A stretch of DNA of 64,000 nt from an uncultured virus (IMG/VR IMGVR_UViG_3300046340_000069) (lineage: Duplodnaviria; Heunggongvirae; Uroviricota; Caudoviricetes). A model generated the notes under the pieces. The model did not search any database. It saw only the letters and a program-made list of their open reading frames with translations, and was not told the origin of the DNA. The position numbers and the translations under genes were made by a program. Positions within the stretch are counted from its first letter, which is position 1; the number at the start of each line of letters is the position of its first letter. Positions 36,649 through 47,288 of the stretch are shown here, one piece after another. The stretch is from the IMG/VR virus record IMGVR_UViG_3300046340_000069, one strand, 5' to 3'.

Positions 36649-37674
36649 TTAGTATCCTTGATCGCATTCTACACTGGTGATAATTTCGACCTCATGAAAT
36701 GATAGGACAATTTCTATAGCCGCAGGAGCAGGTGTAAGTCTTCTAGTTGTTGTATCCTGACGATCATTTTCAGTGAGATGAGTCACCCATGCTCCATCTG
36801 GAGTATAATTAGTAGAGATTCCAGTTATGATCATTGGTTTTAATTTTGGTAGATGAAAAATTTCATCAGCACCCTCAAACATAAATCTAACATCACAAAC
36901 GTTAGGAGTAGTAAGCCAACGATCACCTAACGACGACAACAGATTGTTTGGGTTATCCTGATTTTCTTTGGTCAATCCTTGTCTACTATAATTAGGTAGT
37001 GCATTCATTCTTAATTTTTTAATTATATTGTAAATACTGCGTTGTTCAATTTGATTTCTGGGGACAAGCTTATACTTTGCCGAAAAGGATCTTGGTTCCA
37101 ATCCCTTGAAAATTTGTTCATGGTACGGATTTAAAATCTTACCTGCAAATCCTTGAGTGATAGCTTGTCCAGATGAGAATACGTTCAAGCCTTCGATTAT
37201 ACCTATGATTCCTTCAGGGATACCAGATGATGCCAATGATGCTAATGTTTCTGCGGTATTAGTTTGATCCCCCCCCCTAGCAAATTGTTCCGCGATAGTT
37301 GGAGCAAATCTGCCTATTGTTCTCAGATCCTCAAGGTTCCAGGCAATAGTGTCGTCGAACTGAATACTATCTGGCATAGGCAATCGAAATATATCAATCA
37401 CATTACCTTTAATAAATCTTTCTCTCGCAATTCCTCTACCACCATTATCTTCACCAAATGGTGTTCTTTTGATTACACTAGGAGGAGGTGCCCCTGGGAT
37501 GGGTATTAATGGTGGGGTGTCTGTGGAAACAAAAAATTCTGATAAAGATACATATTTATATGTCTTTATTCTCATTTCATCTCCATACTCGGATAGGTTG
37601 TCTGGATAAGTATATATATTACTGTTTGGTCGAGTTTGAGGGGGGGTTTTCGATGATGCTAATATTTGTGGCAT
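36649..37674 (-). CDS. 48: baseplate tail tube cap (T4 gp48-like)
   Basis: LPMP, NPYHEQIFKG..RSF...KLVPRN, NYTPDG, LSFHE. Confidence 0.85.
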   Translation of the reverse strand: MPQILASSKTPPQTRPNSNIYTYPDNLSEYGDEMRIKTYKYVSLSEFFVSTDTPPLIPIPGAPPPSVIKRTPFGEDNGGRGIARERFIKGNVIDIFRLPMPDSIQFDDTIAWNLEDLRTIGRFAPTIAEQFARGGDQTNTAETLASLASSGIPEGIIGIIEGLNVFSSGQAITQGFAGKILNPYHEQIFKGLEPRSFSAKYKLVPRNQIEQRSIYNIIKKLRMNALPNYSRQGLTKENQDNPNNLLSSLGDRWLTTPNVCDVRFMFEGADEIFHLPKLKPMIITGISTNYTPDGAWVTHLTENDRQDTTTRRLTPAPAAIEIVLSFHEVEIITSVECDQGY

Positions 37675-37676
37675 AA

Positions 37677-38117
37677 TTATACTCCTAATTCTTGTTCTGT
37701 AATTATTTTAAATTCCATATTTTTGGATCTACCGTACTCTTTTGCTGCATTCCATTTAGCTATATTTTTATTATATAATACTAATGATTCGACATAACTT
37801 TTGGATATTCGTTTTGGCTTCTTAGGTGGCAAAGTTTGGTTCAAAGGCTTCACTTCGATCAGTATTAATTTTTCGATGCCATCTTTGGTTAATATTTTTA
37901 TTAGGAAATCTACATAATAATTATGCGGAGTATTATTCTCGTCCAAATATGGGATCTTTACCCCTTCAGAATTCCAACTTAATACATTTGGGTTAGTATC
38001 ACATAAAACGCAGAACTTTCGCTCCCAGCTTGATCTGCATTTGATCGATTTTGTACCTACATACTTTTCTGGGTGTTTTGGTACATATATGGATTGGTGA
38101 TAGTGCTTCCGACTCAT
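37677..38117 (-). CDS. 4: head completion nuclease (T4 gp4)
   Basis: PEKYVG, RSSWE, YYVDF, IEVKP..QT, AKW.AA, ITE. Confidence 0.92.
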   Translation of the reverse strand: MSRKHYHQSIYVPKHPEKYVGTKSIKCRSSWERKFCVLCDTNPNVLSWNSEGVKIPYLDENNTPHNYYVDFLIKILTKDGIEKLILIEVKPLNQTLPPKKPKRISKSYVESLVLYNKNIAKWNAAKEYGRSKNMEFKIITEQELGV

Positions 38118-38176
38118 TTTTCTGACAAATATTAATATAAAAAAAGGAAAAATTTGGAAACATGTAATAGTTTAAA

Positions 38177-39061
38177 TTACTTTTGAAACCATTGTACTAA
38201 AGGCAACATTACAGCAACTCTTATCTCACTAGCGTCAATAGTATAAAGTGGCGATCTCAAATATTTTTGATCTAGCAAATACGTGTGCCACATGTCATCT
38301 GGGAATGGAATATTAGTATTTCCAGATTCAATCTCATCAATCAGGTCAAATGCTATATTATTACTCACTGCCCAATGGAAGTTAATTCCAGTGAACCTAT
38401 CGCCGTCAACAGAAGTTACATATACTAAAGGAGAACGATCAAATTTTGGTAGAGTATTCCAGTTTTTGGCAAAATATCTAAAACTCATATAACTACCTAC
38501 TACTGGGCGATCATAGATGATTCTTCTATTATTCTCTACATATGATCTAGTGGTAGATAATCCACTATATTGATTAAATGCCCGACGATAGGCAAAAATA
38601 TCATTAGCTGGACTGATATTTTTCACAAAGGTGAATATATTTTTTTCTGTTCTTTGAGAAGGAGGTGCTAGTCGTTCGGCTTCTTTTTCTTCTCTTTTTT
38701 TCTCTCTTTTGTAAAAGTTTTGAATATTTGTAAATTCTGCACTTTTTTGAGCATAAGTTTTGCTATCTTTATCTTTTTCTACGTCTCGATCTACTTTTAA
38801 TTTATCCTTTCGTTCTTTTCTGAAGCCATCAATAATATCTTTGACCCCTTTAGCCTTTTCTTGATATGTAGCATTATCAAGGAATGATTCTTCCTCTGTG
38901 GAATTCATACCCTTGATAATCTGATCGACCATATCAATTTTTTGTCTATAAGTATATCGCTTAGTCGGGTCGAACGCATTCATCACTGCATCGTCTGTTT
39001 CTAATTTTGCTCTGATTCTTGCTCTAGCATCTGCCAATTGTCTATTATTGAGTTTAGCCAT
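38177..39061 (-). CDS. 2: DNA end protector (T4 gp2-like) with N-terminal extension
   Basis: F.Y.AK....P.FD.SPLV, FTGINFHW, HTYL. Confidence 0.8.
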   Translation of the reverse strand: MAKLNNRQLADARARIRAKLETDDAVMNAFDPTKRYTYRQKIDMVDQIIKGMNSTEEESFLDNATYQEKAKGVKDIIDGFRKERKDKLKVDRDVEKDKDSKTYAQKSAEFTNIQNFYKREKKREEKEAERLAPPSQRTEKNIFTFVKNISPANDIFAYRRAFNQYSGLSTTRSYVENNRRIIYDRPVVGSYMSFRYFAKNWNTLPKFDRSPLVYVTSVDGDRFTGINFHWAVSNNIAFDLIDEIESGNTNIPFPDDMWHTYLLDQKYLRSPLYTIDASEIRVAVMLPLVQWFQK

Positions 39062-39062
39062 T

Positions 39063-39785
39063 TTATGATATTACCTCTAGTTCTGGTTTAAGATTACTAT
39101 TGCTAGAATATAGTGGATATTCGTATTTGAATGTAACAGACACTCTATTCAATTGACTACTTCCACTATTTAATGGAATAGAACTAATAGTTGTAGGATA
39201 AGCATTGTGTAATATTGTAGTATACTTTAACACATTATTAGGCATAGTTGATTTAGGACTACCAGGGATTACTGGAACTGTAGGTATAGCATTTTTCGTC
39301 GGTATTATTATTTTTCCATTACCATATCTTTCGTACTTTTCAATGGTGATATTTGACACATACTCATCTCGATAACGCAGTCTCATTCTCCTAAAACTAG
39401 TGGGTTGATTGGATATTGGTTTTATAAATTCTATCCATTTGTCAAATATTTTTTTCTGAGATAGATAGGCATCCAATATGAATGTAATGCTTATTTCTGG
39501 ATATACTATATCAGTGGCATAACTGTATGCGGGGGAATTATTTATTTTGTATGTACTAGTAGTCACTTGTTCTCCTGGTAATGTCACTTCATCTGTATAG
39601 AATTGAAGCCACTGGCTTGGGTTATATGTTAGCGTATCGGTTGCAAATTGTGTTTTAAGATTTTTAAATAAACTGGAAGAATTAGTTTCTTCTATTCTCC
39701 CGAAGTTAATGTCGTATATATTCGATGAAGATATTCCATTTTCTTGAATTAAATTTTGAAACGACGCGAAGGTGGGATATGCCAT
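39063..39785 (-). CDS. tail tube-like protein (gp54/gp19 family)
   Basis: VTLPG, FDKW, YRDEYV, LHNAYP, VTFKY. Confidence 0.8.
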   Translation of the reverse strand: MAYPTFASFQNLIQENGISSSNIYDINFGRIEETNSSSLFKNLKTQFATDTLTYNPSQWLQFYTDEVTLPGEQVTTSTYKINNSPAYSYATDIVYPEISITFILDAYLSQKKIFDKWIEFIKPISNQPTSFRRMRLRYRDEYVSNITIEKYERYGNGKIIIPTKNAIPTVPVIPGSPKSTMPNNVLKYTTILHNAYPTTISSIPLNSGSSQLNRVSVTFKYEYPLYSSNSNLKPELEVIS

Positions 39786-39862
39786 AGAATGATGTTATAT
39801 AATCTATTGGTATTTATTCAATAACTGTGCTATATTGATTAAATATTTTATATTATTGTAAT

Positions 39863-40218
39863 ATGAGACATTTCAATTCGATGCTCAATCTTTGGCAATT
39901 TGATCGACCTCACCATGATTCAATGTATGTCAAACTATTAGTGGTAATAGCTATTTAATACAAATTTGTTTACCAAGAATAAATAAACTTGTAAGTTTTG
40001 GTTCTAAAGATCTTAACTACCTTCAAAATCTGCATTACCAATTTGCTACTAAATCAGGATTAGTTACTTCTGAACGATATCTCCAAGAACTACCAAACTG
40101 GCTACCTGACCATAATATCCAATTTACTCCAAAACATCAGAACAAACTAGAACAATTGATTGAAGCGCACATAGTAAATCAACTTATGTGGGATAAGCCA
40201 ATTATCCTCACTAAATAA
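39863..40218 (+). pseudogene. internally deleted, frameshifted HNH-AP2 relic
   Basis: MRHFNSMLNLWQFDRPHH then FGSKDLNYLQNLHYQF...NQLMWDKPII; HNH core missing. Confidence 0.85.
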
Positions 40219-40247
40219 TAAATATATTAAATTTAATAATTTAACTG

Positions 40248-40973
40248 ATGAAACTCCCACAAATTGCATACCAGACTTACGAGATGACCTCCGCTATCTC
40301 TAAAAATAAAATTAAATATCGTCCATTTTTGACTGGGGAAGAAAAAATATTATATTTAGCACAAAAAACTGGAGATAATAAACAGATCAAAGATGCGGTG
40401 ATTCAAGTTTTGAATAATTGTATCATCACCCCAGGAGTGATTGCGGAAGAATTGTCTGTATTTGATTTGGAGAAACTGTTGTTATCGGTTCGGGCAAAGG
40501 CTGTTGGTGAAGTAATTGATGTACAGATTCCCTGCGATTTAGAACCAGAGGATAATGGTCAACCAGTATATGTGCCAGTTAAGATCAACATCGAAGATAT
40601 CCTAGTACATATTCCCCCAGATCATACAAATAAAATAGAAGTTAATGAAAATACTACATTAGTGATGAAATATCCAGGGTTGGATGATTTTTTGTTGGAT
40701 AACTTTATTGATGAAGATAGTCAAAAAAATATGTTTGAAATTACCTTATTGTGCTTGGATAAATTAGTAGTAGGAGATGAGATATATGATTTTAATGATG
40801 CGTCTGATGACGATTTGAATGGATTTTTAGACAGTATGCCAACTAAAATATTTGATAAAATTACTAACTTTTTCACCAACCCGCCGAAATTATATCATGA
40901 TGTAGTTGTTTATCACCCTGTTTCGGGCAATATTACAAAATTGCGTTTAGAGGGTATACAAGCTTTTTTTTAA
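40248..40973 (+). CDS. 26: baseplate hub assembly protein (T4 gp26-like)
   Basis: IKYRPFL..EEKIL, FDLE.L...RAK.VGE, MKYP, ends LEGIQAFF. Confidence 0.9.
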   Translation: MKLPQIAYQTYEMTSAISKNKIKYRPFLTGEEKILYLAQKTGDNKQIKDAVIQVLNNCIITPGVIAEELSVFDLEKLLLSVRAKAVGEVIDVQIPCDLEPEDNGQPVYVPVKINIEDILVHIPPDHTNKIEVNENTTLVMKYPGLDDFLLDNFIDEDSQKNMFEITLLCLDKLVVGDEIYDFNDASDDDLNGFLDSMPTKIFDKITNFFTNPPKLYHDVVVYHPVSGNITKLRLEGIQAFF

Positions 40974-41155
40974 TCGCATTTGGTTATAATAGTTTAGAAA
41001 ATATTTTCCAGAGAAATTTTGATTTGTTATATATACATAAAATCTCAGCGGAATTTGTTGAATTTAGTGTCCCTTGGGAATTAGATGTCCATATGCAGAG
41101 GATCGCACAATATCAAGATGACCTAAAATATCAAAGAGATACTGCTAATAATTAA
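40964..41155 (+). CDS. 51: gp51-like ORF without start codon, reached by probable -1 frameshift
   Basis: -1 frame FFLIAFGYNSLENIFQRNFDLLYIHKISAEFVEFSVPWELDVHM...; T TTT TTT before the gp26 stop. Confidence 0.75.
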   Translation, partial: FFLIAFGYNSLENIFQRNFDLLYIHKISAEFVEFSVPWELDVHMQRIAQYQDDLKYQRDTANN

Positions 41156-41243
41156 ATTTAATCCCCCTCTAATTAATTAGAGGGGGATTATCATATTTAT
41201 GATTTTCGTGCGTTGAGGGGCATATTAACGGCATCTGAGATTA
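41150..41243 (-). repeat. palindrome core + bidirectional hairpin + dispersed repeat copy
   Basis: aatccccctctaat-ta-attagagggggatt, then tcatatttatg..cgtgcgttgaggggcat. Confidence 0.8.
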
Positions 41244-41245
41244 TA

Positions 41246-43945
41246 CTAGACGAAAATACTGTCCGTAACATCTCCACGTATACTAGATATTGCCGTGAAT
41301 CTGTGCAAATCAGAGGAAAAATTGAAATTTGCGGTGGAATACACAGTTTTATTAGCAGTATTGATGACATCACCTCCGATGATTGTATTGCTGTTTATTG
41401 GATTCGCAGATAGCGTAGGGAGTGGAGTAACTTTAGGGACAGTTTTGTATGGTGTATTGGGTGTTGAAAGTGGGGTAACTTTAGGGACAGGGTTATATGA
41501 TGGAGAATTGAATGTGGGGGGGGTTGGGACTGGTGTATATACTGGGGATATATTTTTTAATTTAGTGCTCTTTTTCTTACCACTGCCACTATTAGGAGTC
41601 ATACTTTTCTTGCCAGTACCACTGCTATCTGGATTATCCATTATAGTTTCCATATTTACATTAGGTAGTGGAGTTACTTTCGGAACAGGATTATATCCAC
41701 TGGGAGTATCTTTGTATGTTAATTTGTTTTGTTCTGGAATAGGTTCTATATCTTTACCTTTACCTAACCCCAACATTTGTGTAAGAGTAGTAAATGCCCC
41801 ACCTACTTTTCCATAATCAATATTGCGTGTAGTAGCTACTGGAGCAACAGGAGTAGGAGTAGTATTTGTAGGATTTGTAGTAGGGGTACCGAGAGCAGTA
41901 TTATTATTATTATCTAATAATCTTACGGCTTGGGCAAATTTTAATACTTCGCCATTTTTGCCATTACTGCCACTAGTTCCTGTATTTATTCTGGTTCCAA
42001 CTTTTTTACTATGGTGCCAATATCTCCCATCTCCCAAATATATGCCAACGTGGGTTATTTCTCCATCATTTTTTATTCCATTTATACCAGCATAGGTATC
42101 TTTCCACTGAACAATATCCCCACGTTTTATTTTAGCTTTATCATATATTATCTGATTTGGGGCACCAAAACTGTTTGCTCTTGCCGGATTAGTTTGTTTT
42201 CCTATACCCGTAAGGGCAAAATCTGCTGGAGTATCTGTTATTCCCATATCAATATTTAATTTTTTTCCTATATTTCTGACGGAATTTGCACATTGTACTG
42301 GTATGCCTTTATATAATCCTAAAGTTTTTTCCGCAGTACTAGCAATTTTTTCATTTATATCAGATACTACCCCCCCCTTACTATATCCATTTACCCCCAT
42401 ACTTCCATCAGTTTCTAATACATTACTCGCCATATTAGGTACATCATATCCCTTATCAATAGCTTCCTTTATCCTAATACTGGTTAAATTTTTATTGGTC
42501 TTGGTGGCTGGAGTATCATATGGAATTACAAAACTACTGTCATTGGTTTTATGCTTACTCACGTATTCGCTACCATGTCCAATAAAACTAGTACTTTTGC
42601 CCCCATTTAATGATACCGGATATCCATTATAACTACCACTAATCCAACCACTACCTTTACCAGATACACTACCACCAATAGACTTAGTGGGTAATGGTGT
42701 GTCACTTGGAATTTTACTAATAAAGGCATTTAATATATCTGCTAATAATCCTCTAACTGTTGTGTCATTAGAACTTTGGAATGTACCTTCTCCGCCTACA
42801 CTATCTATATTGGGATTAGATGTACCTATTATCTTATCTAAACTGTGATTATTGTTTGTAGATGGACTGATTTTTCCTAGGTGCAGTTCAGTTTTTGTAT
42901 CTCCTATGGGAACATCAAACATCTTCCCTATGCTATTGATTAGTGGAAATAATGTGTTACTAGAATCTGGATTGTCTTTCATGGAAGATTTCAATATACC
43001 AACAATGCTACTTCCTATAATAGAAAATGGCAATTTCATTAAATCATGAAATTTTGGTGCGATGCTTTTTATATCCTTATTAAAAGTTTCATTATTAGTG
43101 ACTCCAGTTAATAATGAATTTAATGGTTTAATATTATTTTTTTGTGATGTATTTTCTACCACTCCACCTTTGGCGAGTTTTGGTAAATTTGGATTTATAT
43201 CTTTTTTAGTGGAGTCGGGGTTAGTTAGATTAACTAATGATTGTGGTTGAACTGGTGTTTCTGGTACAGTTGGTTGACTAAAAATTTCTGGGTTTGGTTC
43301 AGATTTTTGTGTTGGTGCTAGATCAGTTACACCTTGTTTTATCGTTTTGTTCGCAGCTTCTACTGATTTTTCTGCAACACCACCTAAATTTTTATTGATT
43401 CCTTCTAATAATCCATTAAACGCTTTACTTATAGTTTTTGGTGTGTCTGTTATTATCTTACCAATGCTATATAAAGGAGAAACCAATACTTTAATAAATC
43501 CGACTGTACCATTAAAAAAATCTCCAAATACTTTACCAAGCTTGAGTAGATTAGATATACTACCTCCTACCCACCAAAACACCCCATCAACAAAATTTAA
43601 TATAAACTTGCCGATGTTATAAAATCCCTTCAGGATATTAGCTAGTTTTTTTGTATTTTTTGGATTTGCGACCCATTCTGCAATTTTATATGCCGCAAAT
43701 AGTGTTCCAATTTTTCCGATAAAGTTTAGGAAGTCACTAATTATCCCTCCCGATTTTTTTGATTCTCTGTCGTACTTTGTGTTGTACGTTTGTTTTGCAA
43801 TATTTTCTTCTTTTTCTGCGGTTTTGCTTTGGTATTTTTCCTTTTTTTTATTTCTGTATTCGTAATCTTTTTGTTCAAGTGATATTAGTTTATCAATATT
43901 TTTATTTAATTTTTCTATCTGTGGTATACTGATGTTAATGGACAT
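41246..43945 (-). CDS. tape-measure/hub-like virion protein with NlpC/P60-CHAP-like domain
   Basis: Amphipathic N-half, KGGVV motifs, QCANSV...HVGIY....HH; TATAAATA at 43973-43980 (minus). Confidence 0.75.
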   Translation of the reverse strand: MSINISIPQIEKLNKNIDKLISLEQKDYEYRNKKKEKYQSKTAEKEENIAKQTYNTKYDRESKKSGGIISDFLNFIGKIGTLFAAYKIAEWVANPKNTKKLANILKGFYNIGKFILNFVDGVFWWVGGSISNLLKLGKVFGDFFNGTVGFIKVLVSPLYSIGKIITDTPKTISKAFNGLLEGINKNLGGVAEKSVEAANKTIKQGVTDLAPTQKSEPNPEIFSQPTVPETPVQPQSLVNLTNPDSTKKDINPNLPKLAKGGVVENTSQKNNIKPLNSLLTGVTNNETFNKDIKSIAPKFHDLMKLPFSIIGSSIVGILKSSMKDNPDSSNTLFPLINSIGKMFDVPIGDTKTELHLGKISPSTNNNHSLDKIIGTSNPNIDSVGGEGTFQSSNDTTVRGLLADILNAFISKIPSDTPLPTKSIGGSVSGKGSGWISGSYNGYPVSLNGGKSTSFIGHGSEYVSKHKTNDSSFVIPYDTPATKTNKNLTSIRIKEAIDKGYDVPNMASNVLETDGSMGVNGYSKGGVVSDINEKIASTAEKTLGLYKGIPVQCANSVRNIGKKLNIDMGITDTPADFALTGIGKQTNPARANSFGAPNQIIYDKAKIKRGDIVQWKDTYAGINGIKNDGEITHVGIYLGDGRYWHHSKKVGTRINTGTSGSNGKNGEVLKFAQAVRLLDNNNNTALGTPTTNPTNTTPTPVAPVATTRNIDYGKVGGAFTTLTQMLGLGKGKDIEPIPEQNKLTYKDTPSGYNPVPKVTPLPNVNMETIMDNPDSSGTGKKSMTPNSGSGKKKSTKLKNISPVYTPVPTPPTFNSPSYNPVPKVTPLSTPNTPYKTVPKVTPLPTLSANPINSNTIIGGDVINTANKTVYSTANFNFSSDLHRFTAISSIRGDVTDSIFV

Positions 43946-44029
43946 TTTATTAAATTTAATAATTTATACCAATATTTATAATAATAGTCTATTTTCTAAA
44001 TATTGATATCAAGCATTAAATTTAATAAA

Positions 44030-46888
44030 ATGTTATTTTCCGCAATCAATACAAAATTTGATAGATTAGTCAAGATCAAAGAAAAACAAATAAAATTAAA
44101 TCTATATCGACAAGAAAAATATCAGATAGAGCAAGAAGAACAAAAAAAAGTAGTAACTATAACAAAGATAAAGCGAAATGGATTCAGAGAATCATTATTA
44201 GATAAAATAATTAAATTTGGTGTGATGTATGGTGCAGTTAAAGTCGCACAATTTGTAGCAGACAAGAAAAATATTGGAACAGTTGCAGGAATATTGAAAA
44301 CAGCTAAGGGGTTGTTTGATGTAGCAACCGCAGTGGGAGAATTTGGTGCGGGGAATTTGATGGATGGATTAAGCAAAGTAGCAGGTGATAAAACAATATT
44401 AGCTAAATTTTCTGGAGGTATACAGGCGGCAGTAGGATTTATCTCACTCAGATGGTTAATAAACCCATTCAAAATAATTAGTGATATCAAATCTTTACCT
44501 TCTTTGTTAGGTAAAGTTAATCGTGCTGCTAAATTTTTGAGTATGAGTTTATCGGATTTAGCAAGTTGGTCAAAAATATTTGTCAAAGGATTGTTTAAAG
44601 GTATAGATCAATTTTTTAGTAGAGCAATATTAAAGGTATTTGGTAAACCAATTTGGAGTTATTTGCGTAGATTGGTGAATGGATTATATAAAACTGTGGG
44701 AGGAGCAGTAGGTGGTGTGATTGGTAAAGCAAGTGCTGGAGTTGGGCAATTAGCAAGTAAATTTATACCTAAAGCAGTAATCCGAGCAGCCGGATCATTT
44801 TTAACTAAAATTCCAATAGTAGGTTCATTATTAGGATTCGGGATAAATTTAATATTGGGAGATCCCATACAAAAAGCCGCATTTAAACTAGGAACATCTA
44901 CAGCAGGTGCAGCATTAGGTGGAGCAGTGGGGTTAGCATTTCCTCCAGCAATACCATTTACCGCAGCTATAGGTGGATTTTTGGGGGATTGGTTAGGCGA
45001 TACATTGTATGATAAATTTATCCCACCAAAGTTAGCATTAGGTGGTGTGGTATCCCATACTTCTAAGAAAGGGACTCATGTAATCGTAGCAGAAAATGAG
45101 GATGAGGTAGTTATTCCACTATCAATGCTGACAATGAATAATGATATTGGTGCTAAATTATTTGAACCGATTAAACTAGTTGCATCAAATATTTTGGGTG
45201 CTATTGATTCGGTAATTGATAAAAATGACACTATATATGGTAATATAAGTTCTGATATTACTAATTCTTTAGTAACATTGACAAATACATTTGGTTCTGC
45301 TACAGTAGTTAGTAAGTCTATAACCTCACCATATATCGATACAAATAATAATGAAGTAAATAATTCAAAATCAACTAACACAAATTCAGACATATTTGGT
45401 ACAGAAAATATAAACCAAGTTTCTCAATCAGACACATTAAGTACTATAAATAATAATACCAGTGTCAGAGGATTATTACGTTCAATATTGGATGTAATGG
45501 TAAATACTGATGCTATAGGAGGAAATTTTATGAATATTAGTCCGGCTGGTGGTATTACTCCACCTCCAGCAATAGTCCAAAGTTATTCGGCTAGTGCAGA
45601 TGTACCAGGTACATTAATTGCTACTGGTAGAGCAACATATTATGATCCATATGACCCCACCGATAAAACTTCTGGAGGGAAAAAATTATCTACGGGGGGG
45701 TATTATAGTCGTACGGAATTTGAGGGTGCCGTATTCCCAGATCTCATATTGAGATTACCAGAAAGATATACTGCGCGTACCAATGAACGACCAGCATATT
45801 TTAGAGGTAAGACTATCAAAAAGCCTTTTATGGTTAAATTGGTACATAAGAAAACTGGTAAACAGGCGTATGTTAAGATAAACGATGTCGGTATTGGTAA
45901 GAAGGGAGATACTAGTAGACTAATTGACATGAATAGTACCACCAAACAATATTTTGGTGGAGATAGTGGGGGGATAGAAGTATATTTGGCACCAGATGAT
46001 GCTAAACCTGGTGCATTACCAGATCTGCCAAAATTTGAACAAGGTGGAGAATATGTATATAATGAATTACCACATAAAAGATGGGCGGGAAAAAGGCGCG
46101 CAGGGAGAAAACATGCAGGCGAAGATATTGCTATGCGTACCGATGGAACATTCCAGAGTTTTGTTGGTGGTAAAGTGATGTTCAAGGGATTCCAAGCTGG
46201 TAAGAATAAATATGGTCATTATATCGATATATATAATGACAAATTGAAGGTTACAGAAAGAATCGCAGAAGCTGGTCAATTTTTTGTGAAGCCAGGAGAT
46301 TTAGTAAAACCTGGACAAATAGTATCTACTGGGACAAGTACTGGGATGATCCACTACGAAATAAGACCAACTCCAAAATACACTATTCCACAATATTATT
46401 TTGCAGGCACCGTCGATCCAGTAAAATATCTACAATCTGTTGGGGCATTGACAATTGCTAGTAACACTATTAAAAATAATGGTCTACAGTCTTTATTGGA
46501 TGGGACTACCCTTACTGCTAACATGGATAGTAGTACTGTTATGGCTACTCCTGGTGCGACTGCTTCTACTGCCAACATGGATAGTAGTACTGTTATGGCT
46601 ACTCCTGGTGCGACTACTTCTACTGCTGCTACGGCACCAAAGCCGATCCCAATTGACTATAGTAAGATCGGCAAAGCATTTACCGATCTTACGCAAATGC
46701 TGGGGGTGAATAGTACTCAGCAGGTAGCCGCACAACCGAAGGCAAACAACAAATCTACCACTGCCAATAAAAACCTGATTAACAATATTAATTTGATCAG
46801 ATCTGGCAACAGTGCTAATGTGATCACGGTGGAACAGAAAATAATTACACCCACTAAACAACCGGACGCGCGATTAAGAAGTCTTTAG
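44030..46888 (+). CDS. tape-measure/hub-like virion protein with RlpA-like (DPBB) and M23 peptidase domains
   Basis: GRATYY...VKINDVG...RLIDM; HAGED...HYEI...VDP; paralogous to 41246-43945. Confidence 0.78.
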   Translation: MLFSAINTKFDRLVKIKEKQIKLNLYRQEKYQIEQEEQKKVVTITKIKRNGFRESLLDKIIKFGVMYGAVKVAQFVADKKNIGTVAGILKTAKGLFDVATAVGEFGAGNLMDGLSKVAGDKTILAKFSGGIQAAVGFISLRWLINPFKIISDIKSLPSLLGKVNRAAKFLSMSLSDLASWSKIFVKGLFKGIDQFFSRAILKVFGKPIWSYLRRLVNGLYKTVGGAVGGVIGKASAGVGQLASKFIPKAVIRAAGSFLTKIPIVGSLLGFGINLILGDPIQKAAFKLGTSTAGAALGGAVGLAFPPAIPFTAAIGGFLGDWLGDTLYDKFIPPKLALGGVVSHTSKKGTHVIVAENEDEVVIPLSMLTMNNDIGAKLFEPIKLVASNILGAIDSVIDKNDTIYGNISSDITNSLVTLTNTFGSATVVSKSITSPYIDTNNNEVNNSKSTNTNSDIFGTENINQVSQSDTLSTINNNTSVRGLLRSILDVMVNTDAIGGNFMNISPAGGITPPPAIVQSYSASADVPGTLIATGRATYYDPYDPTDKTSGGKKLSTGGYYSRTEFEGAVFPDLILRLPERYTARTNERPAYFRGKTIKKPFMVKLVHKKTGKQAYVKINDVGIGKKGDTSRLIDMNSTTKQYFGGDSGGIEVYLAPDDAKPGALPDLPKFEQGGEYVYNELPHKRWAGKRRAGRKHAGEDIAMRTDGTFQSFVGGKVMFKGFQAGKNKYGHYIDIYNDKLKVTERIAEAGQFFVKPGDLVKPGQIVSTGTSTGMIHYEIRPTPKYTIPQYYFAGTVDPVKYLQSVGALTIASNTIKNNGLQSLLDGTTLTANMDSSTVMATPGATASTANMDSSTVMATPGATTSTAATAPKPIPIDYSKIGKAFTDLTQMLGVNSTQQVAAQPKANNKSTTANKNLINNINLIRSGNSANVITVEQKIITPTKQPDARLRSL
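46514..46627 (+). repeat. 54-bp tandem duplication
   Basis: TANMDSSTVMATPGAT x2. Confidence 0.9.
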
Positions 46889-46949
46889 TTGACAGCCACA
46901 TTCATATATGATATAGTTAATGGAGAAAGTAAATCGAAACAATACCCAC

Positions 46950-47288
46950 ATGAAGACCATTAAATATCAGCAACTCGTTAGTGCCCATATCGATTATCTA
47001 GATTCAAATGTATATGATGTAGCACCAGAACTACTTTTTTCATTCAAACCAAAAATGAAAAAAGTAACTTGCAATATGTATGTTCAAAAATTCCCAGAAC
47101 AAGATGATATGTTTAAATCTTATCAAATAGTGGTATCTGGTGAGATTATTATGGGAACTAAGAATTGGTTAGAAAAATACCCATCTAGCAGTTATTTTTT
47201 AGAATTGCATGTATTACCAGAATACAATGATAAAATTCAATGTGATTTTGATGATAATGAGGAGGAACTAAAGACAGAAATAGTGTAG
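46950..47288 (+). CDS. hypothetical protein
   Basis: Behind TTGACA-17-TATAGT (46889); start uncertain (46920 or 46950). Confidence 0.65.
   Translation: MKTIKYQQLVSAHIDYLDSNVYDVAPELLFSFKPKMKKVTCNMYVQKFPEQDDMFKSYQIVVSGEIIMGTKNWLEKYPSSSYFLELHVLPEYNDKIQCDFDDNEEELKTEIV

Noticed and set aside
41295..46861. Many antisense ORFs in the track (also 11374-12993, 57394-59971)
   Set aside because: Shadows of long genes with biased codon usage; no motifs or start signals.
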